A stretch of DNA of 64,000 nucleotides, from assembly GCA_965235115.1 (NCBI GenBank), contig OZ249436.1:34720001-34784000 (forward strand), read 5' to 3'. Shown in pieces: positions 39,401 to 52,800 of this stretch. Every line of letters begins with the position of its first letter. Within the stretch, counting starts at the first letter, position 1. The stretch is from Laetmonice hystrix (Eukaryota). The notes below the pieces were generated by a model that was not told the origin of the DNA, did no database searches, and was given only the letters and a program-made list of their open reading frames with translations. A program made the translations under genes and the position numbers.

Positions 39401-40918
39401 TATCAGGTCGCCCCTGGTCACATACGGGTCGGCAACAAGACGTGTTCCGCGTTTATTCACCTTTAATTGTGAAGAATCACCGTGAGGAGAATTGCCTTGA
39501 CTATATGTGAGTTTAGTTGAGCCAACTTTTCCCTCCCCCGGCCTCTCTGCAGCACGATATTGCTTAGGTTTTATCACCGGTATAAGTATGAATAAATGAT
39601 GAGCAAGAGGCGAGGGTCAGTTGGCCATTATGCAGGTATAGTAAGATTTATGTCCGGTAATTTTTCCGAGGCTTCATTAACCGCTGAAACGAAGGCGGTT
39701 AAACATCAGGTGGTTGACGGCAGGCTTCAAGTAAATTAGTAATACATCTGCAACGTTCATCTTAGCTTGCTAATGCATTTCACAACCATGGAGACCAGTA
39801 AAACTAATTAAACGTGTAAACAAAAATAATTTAGGTGAATGATGGCGCTTTTAATTCTGTTGCCCAAGGTTATTTATAGCCGTGCACTTTTTTCGTTTTT
39901 ACAATTTCACCATCGTTTTTACTTGTCATAGAATTCGTTTTATTAGCGTGAAAACATGGAACAATTTGAATTGGTATGATCCATTAAAAAAATGTAATAT
40001 TAGTGTAAATAGCTTTTACCGTTCAAAGGGGCAAGCATAACGGACATTGACGGTTTGACATGATGGGGATGACCATAGGCATTGACAACGTGTATGTTTA
40101 TGGAATAACTTCTTAGTATCACAGGCAATATAAAGATTTCCATCAAGCGCAGAGTAGTCCCTTATAAACCAAGTAGTCAGGCAATTGTGTGTGGTGGTAG
40201 AAAATTGCCTGTAGGTCATCTTAATGGCCTTTTAATGAAATGGAGACTAACGATGCTGCTTTCATCATCAAGCAGTCGGATATTAGGTCAGAGGGTCACA
40301 TTGAAGTGATATTTGAATATCACCTTCAGATATCCTGCCAGAGGGGAAGTACATGTATGATAAATATTTGAATGATGTATTGTTTGAGTTTGATCACGGA
40401 GTGTAGAACCTCATGGAAGCTGGTGATATGAAACCATGGATCCATGACACGACTGGCTGTGCCTGGGCCAGTTTCTGAATGCGATTACAGGACCTGGATT
40501 GTGGTGCTGTGTCAGGCTATTGATTTCAATCTAATGGTTTCAATGTCACGTGATGGCGTCACATAGCCGGAGCAAACATTGGGGCTGATATCTTTGTCCG
40601 AGTCAGCAGATTGTAAAACATCGTGTTGTTATTATTATTGACAGTCCATGTAACTGCCCGGTGATGACAGGACAATGTGTTGGGATTAAAGTCATCACCT
40701 GGATTAAAGGGGGAGGGGAGGGAGTAGAGATTACAGGCGGAGAGGGTGAGGTGGGGGGGGGGCGGACCTCGTAACTTCAGGTTAAGAGGTCATACTCTAT
40801 CCTGGCCCATTGCCCCCTGGTGTCCCTTTGGTCAGCTACAGTTACAGCCGTGGCGGCAGGTGCACAACGCTACAGGCCGGCGGGCCGGTGACCAGGCGAA
40901 TGTTTTATAAAGGCATGA

Positions 40919-41056
40919 CAAACAGACAGACGGACGTCATGACCAGGCCAACATGGCCGGTCGCGATGCTACTCGCCCCAACACGTGCAAACAGACAGAC
41001 GGACGTCATGACCAGGCCAACATGGCCAGTCGCGATGCTACTCGACCCTACACGTG
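40919..41056. repeat. Two-copy 69-bp tandem duplication, CpG-rich
   Basis: CAAACAGACAGACGGACGTCATGACCAGGCCAACATGGCC(G/A)GTCGCGATGCTACTCG(C/A)CCC(A/T)ACACGTG occurs at 40919 and 40988, with 3 differences. Confidence 0.95.
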
Positions 41057-41254
41057 AAATCAAACAAGGTGGTCGTCACAACCGGCTCGGCCGACGTGTC
41101 CACCCCCAGGTTAGACCAGGACATTTGTCACTCAGTCTCCGACATCGTGTGGTCGTCACTGACCAGCTGGCCAACATGGACCACCACTAATGCCACCATC
41201 ATAGACGGGTGGTCCAGATATAAAACAACGAAATGTCAGCCCCATGGTGCTTAC

Positions 41255-41545
41255 CTCGCCAGCACGACAGGTTTTTATTAAGAACCACCGATCTCGGGTT
41301 AATGGAAAGGATTAGTGTGACTCGTAAAGTCCACTCGTTAGGGTGGATTTTGTAATCCACACCAAAGGATTTATTGAAGCGAGAGCATAAAACGAGCTGA
41401 CGAGAGACGTTTAATTCAGAGAACTGATGGCGTGTTTTTTTATTTATACCCGGACGCGTTAACTGGTTGAATCAAACCCTACCTCTGCCATAAAACTGAA
41501 GTCTCTACGTCAGAGGAGGGCCAAGTGAGAAACGCGGCGCGTGAT
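41255..41545 (-). promoter_or_regulatory. Possible minus-strand promoter plus first non-coding exon, or a solo LTR
   Basis: The minus strand reads GGTATAAATA (41441-41450), AATAAA (41370-41375), then TGGCGAG|GTAAGC at 41255/41254. CpG-rich sequence with ACGTCA and CGCGGCGCG lies upstream (41500-41545). Confidence 0.25.
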
Positions 41546-44500
41546 TGCTTCTAAAGACTCTCTCGGTCGTGGACCCCACCATGCACTAAACAAGTGGAGG
41601 GGGGGGGGGGTTCAGGCAAAATTCTCGCTGTTTGTCGCCTGCTTCCATATTGAGGGATTGTGGTTGAGCTATCATTCCAGAAGAGACCTCCCTTGGTTTA
41701 ATTTTCATGGCAAGGACAGTTGGATGGGAGGAGGAGGTTGTGTGAGGGATGAAGTGACCACGCTGTCCCTTCCGTTCAGGGCGCGGAGAAACGGCAAGAG
41801 TTCGATTTCCCGCTGGACCCATGGGGTGCGTTAGTTATAGCAACGAGACAATAGTCAAAGTCCGCTCATGTATATCTCGGAAACCCCATAGGGGTAAACA
41901 CCCAAACACCCTGCTGAGGCTTTACATTCTTAATTACCCCCATGACAGGCCGATTGGCCTTGAACTCCAAGGGTGACATCCCCTGACCTTTGGGGCCACC
42001 TTACCTGTATAGGGTTACTAGCAGCAGGCTGCTGGGGTTAACTACCAAACTGTCATACACCGCACTATTACTAGTGTTATCAAAAGGGACTAACGGCCAT
42101 AACTGCTATTTGTAGCGAGGTCAGCCTGCTCCTATTCTGAGCCTCACGTTGTCATTATCAGTGAGCAAACCCATCCTATGGCCTGAAGATAGCAGTTATC
42201 GGGCCCGCCAATCGGATGCTGTCGGTCTGTCCCAATCTCTAATTATCACATCACACTCTATCGGTACTAGCCTTTAACAAAAGACAAATTACAGGACTGA
42301 AGACCTTAGTGCGACTTTGTAATTAATCAGTGGCAAAACCCGGGTTCACAACCCTCAGTGGCAGGCGTAGAATAAAGATTATTACAAATATAGAAGAAAA
42401 GAACGTTTGATCAAGCGTAGTAGGCTACTAGTTGAAGCCTAAGAACAAACAAATGTTGGCAGCACTTAGATTATTTTGTTTCCCCTTAGTTTTCCATTGT
42501 ACGTTCTGCCTCTAAATGACACATGTTGCCTAGCTAGTAATTCCTTCCTTGGTGGCACGCGGCATATGGCCGGGTTTCTTTCAGGTTTTACAAAGAACCA
42601 GGAACCCCATTTTTCCACATGTTCCTCGGAAAGAAAGGGAGGATTAAAAGAACCTTTGAAAGCCGACCAGCCGCGAGTGTCAATGGATTGTCTGCACGTT
42701 ATTGTGGGGGCTGTCATTAAGTTTTCAGGAGATTTCCTTGTTTCAGTGACCTTCGATCGATCGTGTTGGACGCCAGCCGACGTGTTGTTTTCAATGATCA
42801 TTGTATAGTGTTGGTTATAGTGTTGGTTGCTTGGATGCTGTTACCGAGACCAGAGTCTGTCTTCTTTTTCATCCGGCTGAAACCGAAAAGGAAAGGACAC
42901 TCAGGGAACCTCCTGGTTACTCCCTTTATTTAAAAGATGCAGATCAGCATTATTTTCATGCGGACATTCAAGCCGCACCAGGACACAATGTTATATAAGA
43001 AAGGGCAGAGCAAAAACACTTAAAGAAATCAACGAACAAAGAAGTGGTGGAGGCACAATGAAGAACAAAATGGTAACATTTCGGGACTGATTCATTTAAT
43101 TTGTGTGACCTGTAAGGCATATCTTGATGTAAGTTTAACCAGAAATAAGGCAGAGTAGTTTGGCTTTTTGGTGAATGGAAGCGACACATTATTTTCTTAA
43201 AAGTTCTGTTACATATTGAAAGTCAAAAGCGTAAGGACTAAACATCGGTTTGTAGATAAAGGAATAAAATCGTGAATCACCGGGGGAATTGCGAAGTCTG
43301 CTTTGTCCCAGGAAGATTTGAGCTGCAAGCGTATCCTGGTACAGTGCGGATTGGTCAGGTCGAAGGAAGTAATATTATAAAACTTTTATTACTTTATATT
43401 TTTTTCTAATATCTTTGATGATTACGTTCCAATCTCACAAATTCCCGGATCCTAATCCTTAAGTTGTCAGTCCGGGAGTCTTGATTCTTTTGATGTTGAA
43501 GGAGACGTAAAGCAAAATGAAGGGATTTGAATGCCTGCAAGTCTCAAATACCCCCCCCCCCCCACCACGTAGGTGGCCACCAGTTTGCATACTTCACCAT
43601 CCTTTGTGATCGATCTTCCTGGAGGCGTTGAGGAAACCACACTCAGTGAATCAATGACGTAAGAGAAAGATCCTGAATGTAGTATGAAATACCAAATAAA
43701 ATTACCAGTCAGAGGCAACCTCTTTGTAACATTGCATCAACACAAAAGCCGTCCCTGCGGTTATATTTACGCTTTCATTCATGCAGAAAAGGACCTATAG
43801 GACAATACACTTTCCTGCTGCCTGCAACAGTAAGACATGGAATAATACGTTTGGGAAGGCATTCAGAAGAAATGGAATTGAAAGAAATCAAAGGGATGGG
43901 GATAGGGAGATGTTGAGGCGGTGGTTTGGGGAGCGGGGATTGTAGACGATCGCTATTTTTAACGGGACACCTCTTCACTTGCTCACATTGAGTTACGGTT
44001 TATTGGGCTGATACACAATAAAGCACTCAAACCGTCCCAGGCCAAACGACTCATAAAGAGCACTCAGATGTGCTATTTGGATATTGCAGTCGAATGTGCT
44101 GTGGCATATGATTCCGGCAAGTGGAGCGCTCATCGAGTTGTGTTACCGTGGTTGCTGAGGCAGGGTTGAATACCAAACTGTTTCAGGGTCCAACTCTGGA
44201 TCCTTGACTCTGTACTATGAATAAAAGAAATTAAATGTGACCTGTGGGACCTCTGCCGTGTAGCATTTAAAAGTGCTTCCCGTTACAAATAACACAACAA
44301 AAAATGTGAACGATATTTCCTTTGAGAATTCTTGTATTATTCATGGTATCTCATTCCGGGTGGGTAGAACCTGGATTGCGTGACGTTCATTATTAGACTG
44401 GGCGTTTGTTATTCGTTTCCATAGTTATTATTAAATGCTATGATTTCTCTAGTTAGATAATACCAGTTAACTATATAGACAGTTATATGCAGAATTGCTT

Positions 44501-47116
44501 GCTGCAGATTAGATTGATTTTGTCATGTGAACGTCCATCAGGTTTACAAACCAGCTGCAGTCCTCCGACCACCATTGCATTTGGAAATTAAATCTACTAG
44601 GGGTAATAGCAGACATTCTTAAAAATCGATAAATAATTGCACACAATCCGCCCATATAAATGCTTTTCGTTCAGTTGCTTGGTAACACGTTATGGGCACG
44701 GACCGCGTTCGTTCTCCACTGAAAGTTGGTGGACTGCTGATTGAATGAGGCCCACTGTGTTGTTACTAATGCTTTAGTGGTTGCGCATTAAAGTTTCATT
44801 ATGTGAAGCAGATCATTAATGGTGTGCCATAAATAAAGGCTGGTAGTGGTTGAGCCTTTGATCAGAGTTACCACCTTGCACGTTCAGGCTGGGTCTGGGT
44901 GGAAGCAGGAAGATGATCACGAATTCATAGCTCTCAACTGATGGATTATCACTGCTACCGCCGACCTAGCTGTGCAGACACCCACTTTGATTAAGAGTTC
45001 CGACTTATTGGCTCTATGAGTCGGGAGGCGCTAAAGGCAATAAGTGATCGCTACTTATTGAGAATATTGCCTTGGTTGCTGCGGGGGTGGGAAAAAACAT
45101 GTCTGGCTCAAAAAGCAGGTCAGAGTGAGTAATTACAAGATGGAGGGGGACATGTCGTTTTCCCTCATCTTGTGATTGTGTCTTAAACTGTAGCATCTTT
45201 TAAACGATCGAACAATGCGAGACCATCAATCGATTAGAGCACCCGCCTCGGTACGGGTGAAGGCGACATGACAGTAAAATCAGACGGGATTTAATTACGT
45301 GTTGTTGCCATCAATTGCCACCAGGGGAATGATTGTCTTTCTATTGTATCGCCTAATGAAATGTGATGAGCATCGGGAGCAGTGGGACGCTGGCACTAGA
45401 ATTGAACAGACTCTGGGGGGCAGTGTGAAGGTAGAAGTTTACAGGTGTAAGGGTGTAGAAGGGTGTAGAGCTTATGTAGGAGGGGAGGTGGAGACAGTAT
45501 AGGAGGGTTGGATGCTTGAAGATATTACGTATTAATGGACTGCCAGTAGTGAGTATATGGTATCTTGTCTCAAGTGATGTGCTAATGACTTTCACCATCA
45601 GTGCGATTCCTAGCTGTCTGCAGTTAGTTTACCTGTTGATTCAGCCGAGTCAAGGTTAAATTAACCAGTTTAAAGCGGAGTCTACAGGCTGTGCATGCGG
45701 AGACGAGAAACAACTGGTTGATAGCAGGAGGGATGATCGTTCCGGTCCGATCTTGTGTGAGTGACGATAGTGTGAACACCGTCAGACAGATCAGAGACAA
45801 AGTATACTGTTATAATGATGTGTTTGAAAGCTTGAACGATTTCTGAGATAGCCGGATCGGTGAATGTGGAGAGGTAGGATGGACCAGAAGATAAATCGGT
45901 CCCGACGGGGTAAAACTGTTGTACAGGGAGACCAGTCCATCTAAATGAAAACACTGAGTTCCTTGGAGACTCATTGATCATAACTTGGAAAGTGACGACT
46001 ATGAAAGGGGGATGGTGAATGACAGAAGCCAAGGTATCTTTAGATTCCACGCCATTCCTACATTCATTTGGAAGCACTTTGGACTTTTTTCTCCAATTCT
46101 TTCCTACAGAATCGGAAGGGGGAAAAAGACATGCAATTTCTATAATGTCCCTTGGGAAATTATGGTAGGATTGGTAAGTTTGGTGGCATGTAATATGGGG
46201 AGATATGGGCAGGCTGGAATGTATGGAACATAACAGAGTATGGCTTGGGGGAGGTCCGTAATAATGTTGTTGAGTGTACGTAACTGGTTGGTAATATCAC
46301 AGGTCAAAGTATAGTGAAAGAGATTGATCGATTCTTTACAACTTTCAACTGTAAAACATTGCTTAGGCCGCATAAGAAATGCGAACGGAGATTGAGTGTT
46401 GGAGGCAGGTTTAGCGCCTCGAAGATCATGGTGTTAGTGTTTGGATGGCTGTAATACATTGTGGAATTTGGGAGGTAACACTGACCAGTGGCAGACCCAA
46501 CGGGAGTTATACATAATTTAGAGTGTCTGGTATTCTATCCCGGCAAGGGCTTCACAAGTTCATATTCTGATATAATGCATGGTATTATCAGGACACTGAT
46601 ATCAAGTGGCATAAAGCCTTTTGTCAGCAGTCGTAACAAAGGTTCGTAAATTGAGTTTTCATAAATGATGACCGTGGTTGTCTCCCGTGCCCCACGACTG
46701 TCAGCCAACTGTGGGGTGTGTGGTAACCTGAAGGGTAGATAGGAGGGTGGGGGTGGGGCTGGGTGCCCCAACATTATCCCTTACTCATCGCATGTGGCAT
46801 CTCAACAAATAACTCTTTCTGGGTAGTGAAGAATAATTATATCAAGAATTGGTATGCTGGCCCTCCAGCCCCTCGGATTTATGGCGTGTTAATGATCTGA
46901 TCACGCTGGTAAAAAATAAAATTAGAAAAATATGACATACAATGGCGAGGGTCTCCGGGAGAGGGCGAGTAAAGTGCCACAGTGGAACCATGTCCTGTCC
47001 CCCACCGAAATGGGAGCGTATTATACGATCTGAATATTCCGCGTCAGATTTTCTAGTCACTGGGCAGACAACACTCCCCTGTTTGTTCTGCAGACATTTT
47101 TCTTTGCAACTTCCAG

Positions 47117-47210
47117 GCCTACATAAACATCCCGCATCCTATTTGTCATTCCCTCAAGCAACAAATAGCCTCACACTGACTGTTTACCGTTCTCAAACAT
47201 CACAGAATCG
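47117..47210 (+). CDS. Candidate internal exon, unknown product (GLHKHPASYLSFPQATNSLTLTVYRSQTSQNR)
   Basis: Acceptor TTTTTCTTTGCAACTTCCAG|G and donor CG|GTGAGT. Only the phase-1 entry frame is open; exit is phase 2. Confidence 0.3.
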
Positions 47211-49662
47211 GTGAGTAAATAGCACGGAGGTGGCTTAAGGCCAGCAGGGTTGTACACTTTCCCCTGCCTCTGAAGAGGATCTGGTAAAATATTAACGCTA
47301 CCCTCTACAGGTCAACTGCTCCCCTGAACCCTGATGGCTGGTGGGGATTTCCGATTAAAGAACCTCTTTGAGCGTGGAACACGAAGGACGTCCAGTTTAG
47401 CGGCGGGAGGAGGGGCCCCCGTTGTGTGTACTGCTCACGTAGGGCGTCTACTGTAGGTTTTATAGAGCAGAACTTTGTGGTACACGTTACCGCGTGGACA
47501 CGGACACAATACTGGGCACGCTGCCCGAATGCTGTGCTTACAACCATGGCCGTCTCATTTTTAGCAGTGAGCTTCAGAACGCGATTTCGAAAGCAGATGT
47601 AGTTACAGCGCGGACAAAAATCTTTTGTTTTGCGAAACAGTGTGCATGATTAAGGCATGATCGTGCAGAAAATATCGGCTCGGGTCGTGTTGCTGAAGGG
47701 ACAAATTGCAGTGGGATCGAAGGACGTGTGATTGTCATAGTGTTCTCCACCTCACGTTGTTAGCCAAGGGGATCACCTGACACAGTCGGATCCCAATGAA
47801 TCACCTGCCACGACCTAGATAAATCTGTTGAAGGAAAAATGAATGGCTCAAGTGGGACAAGGGGATTGGGTAAAGGGATTTGACCTTTTTCTGTCCTCCC
47901 TGATGGATGTTGAAGGGACCCTGAGCTGTTCTCTTGTCATAATTTGTGTTAAGCTCCTAAGTCTGCTGTCAGGGGCGTATCATTCAGTCAATAGGGGCAA
48001 ACATGGGTTGAGACAACGTGGGTGGTGGATTGTACGGTGGTGGTATCAAGTCGGGGGAAACTGGAGTTTTGTATCTAAACCTTCCTATACTTACATGCTG
48101 CTGAGGTGTCACCATAGAAATACAATGTACCTGATACGGATGGTGAAGGCGATCGCACAGTAAGGAAATCTGAGAGTACGGAGTCGACCACTCAGATCTG
48201 GCGTTGTTGATTCAAACTGCAAATTGTTGTTAAGAGTTTTTCGTAATCAAACCGCCAGGAGTTCTTTTTGTCAGCGTCCTTGTGCTGTTATATGGGGCAG
48301 ATCGTGTTTTTTTAAATTTAAGTGGAGTTAGAGGCAGGCGGCTCTAATGAAGCCCCGACAAAGTGCGTGTGACCGTGCATTCATTGAGGAGGCAAGATGA
48401 AACCATTTATATCCATTCGCTTGTTGCTTCTGTCAAGTTACAATGCAATAAAGCAAGGTTTCTCAGCGGGACATTATGCAGGCTCAGACCAGATCGGCGC
48501 AGAAAGCCCTCACAACCACCATCAAGAAACCATGAATCAAACAGGAAACCTTAACTCAGACAAACCGGCCAATTAAATTGATGGCTGTCAATGGAAGCAG
48601 GAGATGATGATGGATTGAAGGGCGCCCGAAGATCATGTTTTTCATTTCACAATAACGGGTCTAATGGACAAAGGGCCGATTGCGGGTTTAATCAAATTCA
48701 CTTAAAGGCCCAGTGTCCCAAGTGAGATTTACAGGAAAGTCGCAGAAGCTGATGAATCATGTAAGAATCTGCTTCATTTATTTTAAAGATATAATGAAGC
48801 GGCTCTCTTATTGGGCTGTAACAATTTATAGTAAATGCGGGTTGTTGCCTGACAGTCGCAATAAAGAGAGACCCCTACAGTTTGTCAGGGCCGGGCAATC
48901 GTACAGCTCAGTGGCAGTCCACATAGGTCACCAGTGGGCGGGGGGGGGGGGGGGGGGGGCTGGCCTGCCTTTACTGAGGAAGGCCGCCAGCTGAAAGGGA
49001 CGGAGCTTTAAGTTACCTGGACAAGAGGTCAAAGATCACCAGGCCCGGGTTTGACTGGGTCAGCCGCCGAGTTGCCCTTGTTGGTTGTGGTTAAAGAACA
49101 ACACCCTGCTCCTGTAGCTGTGGTCGTGACTTGATATCTTCATACTGGACGGGACGTTTGCAGTATGACATTATGACACAGGACATTGGCAGTGTTTGTC
49201 GTCTCCTTGCCTGACTGGTGGTCCGCGCCTGCCCTCAGGCAAAGTTGTCGAAATCACGGACAGGATCTTGTGACACGTTCACAATAAGTCGGAATAATTT
49301 CCCCGAATTGAGCGTTTTGGCTAGGGCTTTCCAGGTTGTTTATGATACTGTTGGACTATAGAACTGTACAGTTCTATGTTTGGACGAAATCATGCAATTG
49401 TACAAGGAAGGGAGCAAAATAGCATGACACTAAAAGTAAGGTAAGCACTGTAAAAGAATTGGAGATTTATATTAGAGCAAAAACACCAAGTTATCTCTCA
49501 TAAGTGTGCACCTAAAACATGTTCACAGCCTCAGGCGGGAAATCATTTTTAAAGACTATATTTAAGACCGGCGTGTAAAAGGCCTAAAACAGGAAATTAT
49601 TTCCCCCAAAAGCACCGTCTGCGTGAACATAAATCTCCAGAAATTCATAAACCCTTACCCAG

Positions 49663-49856
49663 GTGGTCAGTGACCTTTCCTGGGCCAAACCGGTCTTCAT
49701 CTCCTACATTTCCGTGTGCGGCAGCTCTGAACTCTTTCCTTGTCATCTCCGCCGGAGGACAGTCAGCCTCCAAGGACACAGATGATTCTGACAAGTCTCG
49801 AGGGAGCACTCCTGATGGAAGCGTAGTGCCGTCACAACCAGGAGGACTTTACACCG
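49663..49856 (+). CDS. Candidate internal exon, S/D/G-rich, unknown product
   Basis: Weak acceptor CCTTACCCAG|G and donor CCG|GTAAGA. The frame is open (WSVTFPG...DSDKSRGSTPDGSVVPSQPGGLYT), phase 2 in and phase 1 out. Confidence 0.18.
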
Positions 49857-52800
49857 GTAAGATCTGACGGAAGTGATCACATGGCAGCGTCACTGAGAGA
49901 CATGATGAGAGATAACAGGAATCTCAGAGACACTAGGCGTCAGGGGAAGGAGGGGTTGGCTGGTGGAGTGGATGAACGTATTCGGTGGAGGAAGGCTCAC
50001 ACGTCATGAGTTTTTTGTAGAGCAATCAGAATGACTGTTCTGTTTGGCACGGAAAGATGACGCCAATGCCATTGACAAGGCCGAAATGGAAGCAGACAAA
50101 GAGAGATAGAAAGGGTTGGGTGGGTTTACAATAAACGGGTGAAGTATAGAAGCTAACACAAACCAAGTAAGTCAGAGAACGTCTTGGACTCATGGTATGA
50201 TAAACCATGTATCACTAATGTACCGCCATGGCTTTTTAAATCTGTATTTTGGCAATAAAAAAAACCAAGTCAACGTTCGCCTCACATTGGCGCATCTTCA
50301 TTGTTATCGTCACAACCGGATAGGATCGTTATGATGCGAGACGGTTTTAGTAGACCTTTTATTGTAAATCTTTTATTCACTTTTTTCTGCCTGTTTGAAA
50401 TATCTCCTGACTCGTTACTGTGGCAGACGTCACATACTTGGCCGGCCATGCACGACCTGTTGGCTGAACAGCTGATCTGGGCGTAGGTGGACTTTCTCCC
50501 ACGACCAATTTCCCAGGTAAATACTAATTTCCGGCTACAGGTGTCTTTGGCACCGACTGTGGTGCATGCATACGGAGGGGTTGAGTGTATCGTATGTCAG
50601 GCATTGGTCAGTCTGCTGTCTAGGGCTGTGGCCTGCGAGGGCGGGCCTACACCTGGCAGGTGCCCAGTGCCCGAGGGAGGGGGCAGGTCGGGTTAAGATA
50701 GGCCGCTCTAATTGCTAGGGTGACATCCTTGGACAGGGCAATATTAGCAGTTTGTGCCATTTATCATATTTTAGTTAACCGGCGTAATGATAACCTACCT
50801 TCCTTTAAAGGAATCCATGAAGGCTCCGACCAGTGATATTATTTACTGAAGTGACCAAATAAGGAACTGCTATTTCAGCCTTAAATGTCACCTAGGTCCA
50901 TCCCAGGGCATGTTGTTTGTAAATATTGATGGTGTTATCTTTTGATGTGAAGATGTACCGGTATATCATCATGTCAGCACATGTCTTTGATTCTGTAGTG
51001 GGTTCAGGAGGTTCCCAAGAAAGTCATGTTGGCCTCGGTCGGCAGTATATTTACCAAACAAATTCAGGGCAATGTGTTCATGCAAATGAGGCAAGTCTCA
51101 TTCAGAGTCACAGAAGAAGTCCTGCCGCCACACACCATATAAGTCATTATGTTAGTGTAAGTACTTGACATAGAAAACTAAGGTTTGTTGAAAGTGGGAT
51201 GGTTATTCAGGTTTAAGGAAACGGATCACGTTTGGAAACCTTCTAAGGTTTCCTCTGTTTCCATTGTTGCTCCCTGTTACTCCAACCTAAAAAATGAGTT
51301 GTGGCGGCAGCGTGCAAAAAAATAATAAAAGCTGTCTTAAGTAGAAAAGGGGGTTGTTTGTGATAGAAAAAAAACACTTCTGTAGCTTTGGTTGGAATGC
51401 ATTGATGTCCACCATATTGGAGGAACCTTCATTATATACCAATTAACAAATAATTTGTTGTCCAATTGCTGCTGATTATCAACACCACATTTATGGAGCA
51501 ATTAATTGATTGCGTGATGAAGACTTTGCTTAGCACGCTTCGTTTAAGAAAGTGGGACATGAAGTGTTTGAAAAAAAGACCGAATCTGTGGCGTGCACCG
51601 GGCGGGTTGGGAAAGAACGTGGAACCACTGGTCTGTCTCTGGGGTCCCATGATTGTACTCTACCCATCGCCTGCAAGGGGCTCCTTGGCAGGACAGCTAG
51701 ACAAAGCTTCAGTTTCCGAGTATATAGTATATCAGACAGTGGCTGCTGTCTCTAAAAAAAGACGGGGTGGGATTGGGACCAGATGGAGCCGAGAGTGATT
51801 GAGGTGCGCAGTGAGGGTGGCTTGGTTAGGGCCCCCCTTACCACGGCCTGGGGCGGCAGAGTAAAATGACCCGAGCGTGTCACTTGGAAGGATCCGGAGC
51901 AGACACAGACCGGCGGCGCGAGTGGCCCTTAATGTGGGGCTCTCTGCAAGCACCAGCAAAGTTACGGTTCAGCTAACTGTATGGTTTCACATGAACCGTT
52001 TACAGTGAGCGAGAGATGGCAGGGCCCAAGGGCAGGTTGAAGTACAGGTAGACAACCGAGCAAATTGTTTTATATGATAACTTATATAGGCCGAAATCAC
52101 TTGGAGCAGCCGGTTGTCATCGTTGTTGATAGCTTTGTTCGATTTGGCCCTCAGGATCAGCTGGTGACAAGAGATGCGTGTCAGGAAGTTGGTAGTGGAA
52201 GTATTTTTGTCCAGTTCTTTGTGTGTGTGTCTGTTAAAAGCTTTGTGCCACATAGCCTAGGAAATCTTAGAAGGGAATGATTGTGTTTCCCCACTGGCAT
52301 AATCGTCTGCACAAGGAAATTCCCGATAAACACTCATACGGTTTTGTCTAAATTGCCTTTTTAAAGTGGACCTGAACCCTTCCTAGCAATGACACAGTCA
52401 GAAGATAGTCAGTAAGTGTTTAGAGGTAGACCACTTTTAGCATGTACTCAAGTGACGCATCATTTAAAAAAACACACAATCGCACGAAGAAAAAAATACA
52501 TAAAAATATTTTTATGGTGCCATCATATATACAAGGGAGTCTTTGTTACAAAACTTAACTGCCGTATATCAGGCAACTTTTACTCATGTGTCAAGGGAAA
52601 ACATGCAAAACAAAATGGCACTTTATTTTGAAAAAAAAAGAATAAAAAACCAAACATAACTTTAGTGTACAACACATAAAGGAAGAAAGGAAAGAAAAAG
52701 ATAGAGCTTCTTGCTTTTGAAATGAGGCTCCGATTTCTCAGGCATTTTTCCCACTTTGCACAGCAGAGATGAACTTGGTGTAGATAAACTTGGGATGTCT

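Noticed and set aside
50540-50585. GVFGTDCGAC after an acceptor-like site (EGF-like start)
   Set aside because: An in-frame stop follows within five codons, and the remaining cysteines are absent.
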